A stretch of 64,000 nt of DNA. Origin: Balanoglossus misakiensis. Its lineage: Eukaryota > Animalia > Hemichordata. The stretch spans positions 8,049,625-8,113,624 of the forward strand of contig CM082579.2 of NCBI GenBank assembly GCA_040954595.2. The letters run 5' to 3'. Positions within the stretch are counted from its first letter, which is position 1, and each line of letters starts with the position of its first letter. The notes under the pieces were generated by a model. It did not search any database, had not been told where the DNA came from, and worked only from the letters and a program-made list of their open reading frames with translations. The translations under genes and the position numbers were made by a program. Below are positions 53,601 through 64,000 of the stretch, piece by piece.

Positions 53601-56600
53601 CGACGGCACTGGCGAAAATTCCAGTACCCTGAAAACAAAATACAGTATCATTGCATTAAAACACGCTAGGATCTATTTTTGGGTTATAGCAAGCGGATTA
53701 AATGGGTTACTCCCAGTATGTAAATGCATGTAAAACGCGCCCACTGCATTTGACATTTACTTTTTGTTTAACAAATGGCAGAATTGTGACCTAATTGTCA
53801 AGTACAAGAAACGCTACTAGTTTTGTACAAATTTCATTCCTATACTTATTCCAATATAGCTCCATATCATGTAACAAAATAACCTGATTTTTTTTATTTT
53901 GCCTGAGTCAGAAGGAACTATTTTTGACGAAAGTTTTTTTCTATTTCTGTTTCGCCTGCTGTGTCGTATATTTATGACCTACAGCGAGGTCGTCTGATGT
54001 CTACGCTAAACCTTGTATACATGCCTGGTTGACAATTTCCTGTACGTCATCAAAATAACGTCACTGGGGTGTATACGTAAAATTGGTCTAACGCGAAACG
54101 ATTCAGTCTTTCTCAGTAATACTATACATCACCTCCCCACCTAATAAAATTGAACAAACGAAATCGCACCGAAAGATGGCAATGTCTTTGTTGCTGTAAG
54201 GGTATGGTGAAAAAAAGTCGCGAGAAAAAAATAAAACGAGTACTTTTCCGTATTTGTACAATCCCGCCAGGTTGGTATCAACGCCCAATTACTACCAGCT
54301 GGGTTTCTAAAAGCATTCATGCTGTTGGGGTTATGACCCCTCTACTGCTGGAGATGTGCCGCACTCAGTAGACCGGCCCGACCAACATTTAACCCCGGCG
54401 CTGCTGCATGCAATTTTCGCGACGTTGGCTGCATCCGCATGCATTCAACGATTCCAATCGCGAAGTCAGTTTATCATTTCGGGGGTCCGTTTTGCTAATA
54501 AGACCGACGCGCGTTCTCATTTTATTCATGTCCGTCGCCCGTGTCTTGCATATCAATCTATGGGATATAACTGTCACGGTCAACCTGTATGTATACTAGG
54601 CTGTTGCCCGGATGAAGACTTGAAGTATACCATATGTTCATTCATTTTTCATCGATCTTTGTGGCTAACTTGGGCAAATCAAATGTGTTATCCCTGGTAT
54701 ATGCAACGCGGCCGTTTTCTATAATAAGCAACAGTTATCATTAATCAAATGAATATGCTGATGCCCCTAATGGCCGTTGTAATGAAAATTCAGGCACGCG
54801 TTAAAATAATCAGTCTGTACCGACTGTTTTCTAAAAATGACGCAAGACTGCATTGTGTTGATAATTGCGCATAAGATTCTGAAAGTACACGTTAGCTCGA
54901 TCAACACTGTGCAGAATACCAGAACATTGCAGATGAAAAATATTTAAGTGGTTTTTGTGACGTGAATATGTCAAAGGCATAGACTTACTCATATTGGTCC
55001 GTACACAGACATCAACCCGTTCCTCTCTTCAAGTAAGCTGTACTCTCCAACAAGACTTTGGATGAATTGATCAATATTTATGGAACGGAAAAGTAAAAAT
55101 TTCAACACAAACGACTTTGATAGCACGCACAGAATGCTCACTGCAACAAACTCATCCAAAATGGTGATGGTTCGCGTTTGTATGTAAATTCCCCCCATTT
55201 TGATGTATTTTTAGATTTGCCGACTGATGTTTGGCGCAACCAGTTTATTTTATGTACCCTGACAGATCGCATGACCCTTATATGCAAATAGGTCGCTGTG
55301 CTTCCGTACATGTTATTCTGCGTTATAGCTATATTTGCTCCTCGCGCTGATAGAATGTCTGAAGTGTTTAATACAAAATACGAAATTACCATCCGGGGAG
55401 AAATTAAAGAATTATAATTTTATGTTTTAGGCCTGCAAGAGACACCTGCCCAAATAAACGCAGGTCATTGTTTTAAAATAACCTAGATGCGATCATAATG
55501 ACCGATTAATACGAAATAAAACAGAATTTTAACAAACAACTGAAGTCATGAAACTGCTAACGACAACTGATTGTGTCATAATAGTTACGCAATATTTGTG
55601 TGTGTTTTCTACACATAACGGGGTAATTTGCATAACAGTAAAGCCCACAGGCGGACGCAGATGCATTGAATTGTATGGTGATATTGTCTGCAACTTTGAA
55701 TAATCAATGAGGTTCCCTCTGCAGGCCGTCGGGCCCATGCCCCTGGTGCACGCACGTCCATATAGCATGAAATTGAAATTTGCAGACAACCCGTCAATTT
55801 GCTAATTCAATGGCGGACGATCTATTTTAAGGGGGCTGATCAGCCGTCAGCATTTCATTCTAACATCCACGCATTCCACATGTTTATCGTGCGTTTTCTG
55901 CTTTCTGTCAGACACTTAACGACGATGCCATAATTAAATGTGTTTTATCGACAGCGCGACGATTCCACGCACGACAACCTTCAAAGGAGAGATTTTATCG
56001 AAAGAATTTGACAGAATGATGAATCATATCTTTATTTTGAGCTTGTCTCTAAATATTGCATGCAGGATTGTTTTGCTTGCAGCTTTGATCCAAAACGAGT
56101 TATTTTTAACCCAGATTTCAGAATTTTTTATCATTCATAGAGTTGAGAGGCATAATTTCGGGGAAAAGAATTAGGATTCGAATAAAATATTCGCCAAGGC
56201 CAACAAAGGCAAGGGCATCCTTTTCAATGAGAACGGTTCGTGCCATTATAAAGTGATTTACCCACGATTCGCCCCATCTCCTAGGATTTCACTAGTCCCG
56301 ACCTAGTCTCTAAGCATTATCCTCAAAACGTTGTAATTATTCCATGTCTGGCTTTGCCGGATGACAATGCCGTGATAATGCAAATGAAGTCACGTGATCG
56401 CCGGTGAGTTCGTTGCCTTGCGCTGCAGGGCTCAGGCGCGTTGTCCAACACACCGTGTGCTATTATTGAAATTCATGCTCACATTTTCAGCAAAATTCCT
56501 GTGTCCTGGCTGGTTGTATCGCCCACACCCCCAAACCCAGGGGAACACGTTTTGCCTTGCTCTGCCAAGGATACGTGACCACACGTATTCTTTCGGACCA

Positions 56601-56923
56601 GGGGCAATATTTGAGGACGCCGAAGTTGATTTAATATAATATGACGGACCCCGTGTATTGTATGGTCGATGGCACAAACACTACAAAAACACACCATTTC
56701 GGTTGTTTTTTAAACGTCAATATTTATTACAATCAGAATAAGAACGTCACAATCTGTGACAAAATCGCAATCTTAGAGTGAAATATTTCTAACCCCAGTT
56801 TCAGTTGTGATCATCGCAAGTCGGATGTCGAGATGCGCTGTTTTTTTTACTGAAATAATGGCAAGGCGGCTTTAAGTAGCCGCACTTACCGCGACGCAAC
56901 TGGTTTTTGAGTAAGGGAAACAT
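47619..56923 (-). CDS. Divergent, extended proteolipid (PLP/DM20/M6 family) tetraspan protein, about 511 aa, 9 exons (paralogue A)
   Basis: Exons 56890-56923 (gccATG, MFPLLKNQLRR), 53596-53628, 52576-53005, 52038-52197, 51736-51889, 51081-51221, 49561-49640, 48201-48266, 47619-48056; 1536 nt, frame continuous, GT-AG. Family hallmarks: CCVCLSRVPYDSL before TM1, ATGPTR..CC after TM2, four Cys in the TM3-TM4 loop, H...LTANYAHI after TM4. The first two small exons are less certain than the core. Confidence 0.8.
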
Positions 56924-57030
56924 GGCTGTTTCTTTTCTTCAACCATTCTCGAATATTCGCTTCGAGAAAAGACGAGAAGGCGTTCAATGAACGGCACATG
57001 TACGGTCGCGTGTGACGTCATATGGTCTTA
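56924..57030 (-). promoter_or_regulatory. Putative 5'UTR / proximal promoter of proteolipid paralogue A with a full CRE
   Basis: TGACGTCA at 57013-57020, about 90 bp upstream of the proposed ATG, in CpG-rich sequence. Confidence 0.35.
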
Positions 57031-60000
57031 CATTACTATTTTGGAGGTTTTTGTTGAATTCTCTTTTCCGAGGAGGAAATGTTTGCAAAGAATCGTGCAA
57101 TCTCAACGACATTCATACAGACGCGGTTAAACGTCGTCTCATTGTCAGAAGTGAAATCGGGGGGAAACACGTCAAACAACACCCAAAAATTGGATTTTCT
57201 CCGATTAACCGCAGACACGGTAATGCCCCCGTACGTTTGAGTGACAGCCTGACCAGGAGTTCAATTTATGAGATCCAGTCATTGAGATTGCTGCTGTCAA
57301 TTCCGACAGAAGTTGCGATGATGACACAGACACGATACAAAGGATTAGTCACACGAACCCCGCATGCATCATTACCGTTACAGTACAAAAAGAGTCATGA
57401 AATTCGAAAGAACACCGTGTAATATAATTTACAGACGTTACCGGCACTGGTGACTGACAAAGACACTTTGTATTCTGGAAAGACAAATTCGTAAAATGTA
57501 CAAAGATATAAAATATAAGTTGATTATCGGGGAATAAAGTTGCGTTTAGTCTACCATCAATATTTCAGAGAATGTATTTTTGTGTGTGTTGACCTTTAAA
57601 AAAATCCAATGTTATCAATCTCTGGGACGTTTGTCAACAAGTGGCTCGATTTTACCTCAGACTTTGCAACTTGAAGCATAACAAAAGTGGTTATTTTTTT
57701 ATAATAAGTACTGCGCAGGCGCTGTGAATTTGTCAATATCTGCACGTTGAATAGTAAATTCTCAGAATCTGCACACAGTAGAGTGTGAAACCTGCAGCTG
57801 GTTACAGGGACAGTAGAAATATTACGGTTAAACAATACCAAACAGGAAAACATTTCCAGTGTAAACTGCAGGCACAATTTTCCAAAATCTCTCTTTGTGT
57901 GAATTCCCGAGTCTTCAAACGTTTAAGATATGTTTATGACAGCGATGTTTAAAACGGACTAATTACCTGTGTCAGTTTCTGATATGTGTACCATTCGCAA
58001 TCGAGGGTAATTCCTAACGGCCATTACAGTGTATACGTCCGCGCATTTTGAAATTGTTAGTATAAAGAAAATATATGAGCTTCATGTTGCTGTAGGAAAA
58101 CTTGTCGTTATAATTCAATTTACGATAAACGTCAGATTTGTAATCAGTGTACACTGCTCAACCCGACGACCTGACCGCAGTGAACGTTTCATTCGTATGT
58201 AGGCCTACACATAACGCAATTCTTATAGCTACAGGGTAAAACCGTAACCCGTGTGATCTTTAAAATCTAGTCGACTGAGTGCGCATGTCTGCCGCCCCGG
58301 CTGTTAGGAGAATGGAGATTGCGTTTTGGGGCGAATTTGAAAATCAATCGTGTTTTATTTGCAGTTAGTGCGTTGCCTCTCTGTCAGGTCATCGCGTAGT
58401 TGAGATAGTATCGCTTCGCCAGACGTCGTGAGGTGCTCGATCTTCAGTTGGTGTATTTGCGGTACATTTATTTACACGGGAAATACATTATTTTTTAATT
58501 TTGCACCAGAGAAAATAAAGAAAAAAAATCTCAATAAATTAATATAAACATTTTGCATAATAATGAGACATCGTCTTAATCATAAAATAAATATCGCTGC
58601 AGTTCGTCGAAATCGATATTCGATGTTTCTGACATACTTTTAACACTACTACAAAAATTCCATATCATTACCTATGTGTTTGACGTCATTTCCGTCATTT
58701 CAAAGTAGCCATGGACTTTTTAGTTTTGGAAGAGGTAGACGCGCAAATAGATTGTTACCATAAAAAGTAGAATTGAACGTCTATTCTAGCGATAAAATTG
58801 CTGTCGGTTATGACCATAGACAAATACATACAGTCTTAAAATCACTTATCAGTCTAAAAATATCTTGTCTCCATGGTAATGGGGAAATAGCTAGCAGAAT
58901 TATTTTAATCCACTGGATTCTAGAAAAGGTGTTTCCTCATGGCAAATCGACACCACCCCTTTCAGTTCACGGCTAGGCTGTGTCTATTTTGAGCTAAATG
59001 TGTGACCACGTGACAGTTATATCATACTGTCTCGCTTTTATGCGCTGCTGTGCGCATTGTCTCCATGGAGACGAGATTTGTGCTGCGCCGACACTCACAA
59101 TCTACAGCCTACAGTTTCAGACGAGAGACTCGAGGCCTAAATCCAGCTGAACGATTACATCTATACACTCTTTTTACAAAGGTGTAATCGTGAACGAAGC
59201 TTGAGGAAGCCACAGATCACGTGACACAATTTCGTGACAAAAGCGATGTTGACGCGCAACCTGAGATGCAAAACCACGAACAGCGAATTCCAGATTTCGT
59301 CAACTGTTTCCAAATATAAATTTGTGTCGCCAATGGCAACGGTATAATCTCAATGAGAGTTTGATCTGTGCGCAGTTTGTGATTAAATTAAGCATTTTTT
59401 TGCTCTCGCATTTGCTCAATTAAGCGATAATCTTGTTCTTACATCGTCATTAATTCCTGCAGATATATCGGATTGGCTAAAGTCTACAATCTCGCGAGGA
59501 ATGCTGTAACATTGGGTTCGTTTTGTTCAAAATGTGCTTATATGCGGAAAGGGTTAATCGAAATGCAAGAGCTTGAATCTTCAAATTCGGTAAGTAATCA
59601 AAAATGGGCCGCAAAAATTTAACCATATACAATTTCATTTTCCATCTACCTGAGATAAATTTTGATGTGACGTCATCTTTTGGTCTGTGCGTCTACCTTT
59701 TTGTTCACAGCTGGTAGATGAGAGCTTTCGCTCCCATTTACCGCTTATTTTTATACCGGTTCCATAACGCAGAGTAATGATTTTCTAGGAACTGTTTATC
59801 GCTTGTCAGAAATAGGAATGTATGTCACAAACTTCTGTGAATTGTGCTCGATTAGGTTTTTTAAAACTATCACTATCTACATCGTGGATGAATAAAATCT
59901 GATAAGTCACGCGAACGAAACCGTCGAATATAACACTACACTGTAACAATCGTTTTATACATTTTACATAGATATACACGTAATTAGTGTGAAGAATAGA

Positions 60001-60839
60001 ATATCTATTTAACTTGGAATCCTAGTTAGGATAGAAGACTACGGTTAAAGTGAAAACGGTTTAAAAGACACTTAGATGTCAGTGGAATGCTCTCTCTGTG
60101 TTGGCCCTGTATAGAAATGGATATAAAGTGTTGAACGTGATATGTTGGGTATGAAGGATAAATGGGTGGTTGGCTGATGTGCTAACTCGGTGAAGGCACA
60201 CTCTCAGAGACATTTCTTTTTCTCCAATTATTTCCTCCCCCTTATACTGAACGTCGACACCTGCCTTCTGCGTTTAAACCTTGGTATTTTCATTGCAAAG
60301 GCACGTGGGATCTTCTTATGTTCACCAGTGGTATGGCACTCTATCGTCTACCCCTATTTAGTGTATACTAGCTCTTCACTGGTGAAGTGTGGTTTAAGGG
60401 ATTTTATAGGATCCGTTCGAACCTTTTTTATGCCTTCAACTTAGCTTCAATTCTTTCTCTTGTTTGTTTTTTGTTTTTGTTAAAATAAATTCATGAAAGA
60501 CAGCTCTGGTGGACTTGGACACCGCTGGCCACCGGTGGTGCCGTTCGACGGCTGCCCGGAACTACTTTCCACTCAGCGATGTACACCGTCGCCGTGCAGC
60601 ATCCGGTCATGCGATCCTGAATCCGCTCTGACGTCAGAAATGAGTGTCACAATACCAATGACGTAGTACACATTTAGAATTTCACTTGAAGACATGGGAT
60701 ATCTAAGAAAGAAGCGCGTGACTGACAAACCAGTGATAGACAATGAAAAGACGGTACTCTGTTCCACAAAGTTCACACTACACCGAGTATATGTATGTGT
60801 AGTTATTTTGACGGCCATCGTCTTCCTATTCCAGACGGT

Positions 60840-62589
60840 CTACGACGGATAATCCTTAAGTTCGACTCCGTCTGGTGTTCTGTCTTCAACTTGTTCATAG
60901 TCTTTCTTTGTGGTCTTCGTGGTATCCTTGATGTGGGCATAGTTCGCGGCCAAACATATCAGAGCATGAACCTGAAAAATAAAAAAATATTTGAACTCAA
61001 GAAATGTTCGCTTATGTAGCCCTGATTTGAACTTGCCAACAGAGACTACGTGTAATTGTTGCTTCTTTTGAAAATTCTCGACTTTTTCGTGAAAATTATA
61101 AAAAAAGGATGGAACGATTTTACAACATTTCACCTTTCCCCCTAAATCGACACCCAAAATTGAGTTCTATATCATGTTGATGATAGTAACGTGCTCTGGT
61201 GACGTAAAATGGTACACCGTGTACTTACCAAACCGACCACGATAATTGCAGCACCAGCCCAGGTTAGAACGTACGGCTCCCACACGCCCTTGCTCTGCAA
61301 GGAAAATAATTGCAAAAGACTAAAAAACGTGTTCTTATGTGAAAAAAGGTAAATGGTGTATATATTTACTGGGGGAAATAGTTGTCATCATTATCATTCA
61401 TGAGTAAATTACCAGGTGCAAGACACCAATGAAACTTCCAATTGGGCCATCTTGAACCACTGCTTAACTTCTGGCGGTTTACCAGGTGTCCATAGTATGC
61501 ATAACGACACAAAGGAATTATTCACTCGCATGTTAACATGCATAATGACACACAATGATGCTCCAATTACATAATATGCTTCATTTACACGCACCTCTTT
61601 GCAGAATTCCGTCAGCGAATCGTCGCATAACATGAACGTGGAGTTGCCATTTGCAGCAGAACCTGTAAAATCAAGACACGCGTATTTCAGTTTTCCGGTA
61701 ACAACTCCAGTAATAAGGAACTGACAGGGGGTTTCGGTGCACAAACTTCTGAACCCTGAAGAAAATTTCCTTAAAACCCCAAGTGCCAACGTTTTCCAAT
61801 ACAAAAATAAACAAACAAAGTACACCCACAAAACCAGGAATAACAGGTAAACTGAAAAGTGGCAACAACCATGCAATCATGGTAAGTATACCTGCTGCAT
61901 TCCCTCAACGGAACAGGGAATGTTCCTACAACTAAAAGGGGGGGGGGGAATCAACCTGAAAGATATACTCAGTATACCAGCCCCCCTAAGTAGCACAAGA
62001 ATTATCCGCATCCCCGAAAAGAGTGACAGCCACACGCCCTGTAACTTCAAACAGGAATATAGAACCAGGAAACGCGCTGTGTAATCCATACTCACCGATA
62101 CCAGACAGGTCCACGCAGGCGTTCGCCAATCTCTCGTTGTAATCGCTACCACAGTATTGGTCGACCACAAGACTCACCGCGACTGCTGTAGTTAGTCCAC
62201 AGGCGATCAAAAACCACACAACGGTGAGAACGTAGTAGACGAAGAAAAACTATATTAAGGGGGAGGGAGAGCAAAAGGGATACATAATTAATTTCCTGAA
62301 ATAAATAAATATCATTTTATACAAGACACACGGGTCGGTGTAGTTCCTGGCTAAAATGGTTTCAGTCAAGCGAAAGTGAAAGTCAAACAGCTTCAGGAAA
62401 GGTGAGAAGATCTTGGGGGAGATACTCACAAAGCCCATGGCGAAGCGACTGCACAGCCGGGCTCGGTAGCGGTAACACAACGTCAGTCGTGTATCTCCGG
62501 TGGTAAGCACACCGATGATGACCAGAATCACAGCTACGCCGGTCATTCCTCCGGTGATTGCATAAGTGATGTCGTTCATCATATCCAAC
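60840..62589 (-). CDS. Proteolipid (PLP/DM20/M6 family) tetraspan protein, 5'-partial (paralogue B)
   Basis: Exons 62430-62589, 62096-62249, 61595-61662, 61229-61294, 60840-60971; GT-AG and frame continuous. Contains TTGDTR..C, four loop Cys, an NST sequon, TM4 (WEPYVLTWAGAAIIVVGL) and VHALICLAANYAHIKD. No TM1 exon found before 64000, so the 5' exons presumably lie beyond the window. Confidence 0.85.
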
Positions 62590-64000
62590 CTGTGGATGAA
62601 AAAAAAGAAAGAAAACACGTTAGTGCACAGCGCTACATTTAGTGGACGATAGACTATTTTTCGCCCATATCGCGAGACCTGGCGAGACTTGGTTAATTAC
62701 CCTGGTTTGCTATAGCCAAGTAATGCAAATCAAACCTTATACGAAACTAGAATGGGTGCAGGGTTTCACAAAACAGTTGTGCACGATGGGCCGTGTGTTG
62801 TTTTTCCTGTGTCAGTGACCTCTCATATGAACTGCCTGGCCACGCGAGATATCGTAGGGTCTCATGGAGTTCGGAAAAAAGTCCATTACTAAATCGCATT
62901 CGACCGTGTCTATTGCAGCACCAGACTGTACTTGTCATCGTTCCAAATCCACATGACAGCGAGCAGTCGACAGTTTACCCACGATGCAATTCAAATCTTG
63001 TAAAGTTTGTAAAGGTTGAGAAAATCTACAATAAAATAGTAAATTACACATGAAACTAACGCAGAAATGCCCCAGAAACGGCAAAAATGAACAGATTACC
63101 ACGGGCCTCTTCAAAGAAATAATAGTGCTTTTACTGTCTTCCGGTCGGAAATTGGCTCCTGGTGGAAGCTCAGACACTATAGCACTAGGTTATATTCATT
63201 TATTCCCTGTTTAACGTATGACATAGTTGCAATTCATTTTACCGAGACTTTAACACTTTGGGCTATGAAGATATAGAGTGACGTTTTCGGAAACACGCGT
63301 CGTATACTAAGACCAATCGACTAACAACAACAGCGTTGACTGTTCATCAACCAGGCAGCCAGGATCTAAGAATCACCTAACCCCTTGGTTTTCTGATCTA
63401 GCTAACAAACGATTACTTTTAGTGTCCTTTGAGAAAATAAAAATCGGGATCGTGTCGCCAGTGAATGCAATTTTCTGGGTTCTAGAGAAACTCGCGCACA
63501 AATCCCTCATTATTTGCAGAAACCGAGATTTAAACATGTTTATGTTCACTGTGAAATGCCAGAGATCAATTGGCATTCCATTTTATTGCCAGTATCCTCT
63601 CTTCACCAATTAGTAACATACGTTACAGTAACTCCACGGGAAAGCTAATAATCATCGGTACTTTGAATTTAATATGTGAAATTACAATCTCTTCCCTGGT
63701 CTTTCATGCGGCGGAAACCTATGAGATGTCTGCCCTGTAGAATGACCTACTTTCCCATACGTCTTTCATGGTGCACTTGCTTTGTAAAGGACGTTATCAT
63801 TATCATTGTGACTTCTATTGGTTTATATTATGTTTATTTATTCATTTTATTTATTTATGGCTCAAGACCCACAGAGGTATAAAATAAATAGATTTTTTAT
63901 ACTGACTAATACAAAACATCAGCATTGAAAAAATATAAAGACATATACCCGAATGACGTTTCGCTCGTCGTTAAATCGTCACAGTAGGCCTACGTTCCAC

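Noticed and set aside
62935-63177. ORF as the missing TM1 exon of paralogue B
   Set aside because: No CCxxC/VPY motif and no phase-2 donor that fits.

Overview
Eukaryotic genomic DNA, most likely a marine invertebrate; the organism cannot be fixed from the sequence. It is intron-rich, so most ORFs in the six-frame track are noise. (1) About 1-37.6 kb has no recognisable coding sequence. It carries many CpG-rich, TF-motif-dense blocks and a few plausible minus-strand exons, and looks like the 5' end and regulatory landscape of a large unidentified gene starting near 37.6 kb. (2) ZCCHC10 (+, 4 exons, 149 aa) converges on PPID/cyclophilin-40 (-, 9 exons, 363 aa). (3) Two tandem minus-strand proteolipid (PLP/DM20/M6-family) tetraspan paralogues share identical core exon sizes. 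One is canonical-looking and cut off at the window end. The other is about 511 aa, with a Cys-rich N-terminal extension, an extra loop exon and a long C-tail. Several non-autonomous DNA transposons (MITEs), local tandem duplications and a strand-asymmetric 72-nt hairpin are also present. All gene models were built by eye from GT-AG boundaries and frame continuity.
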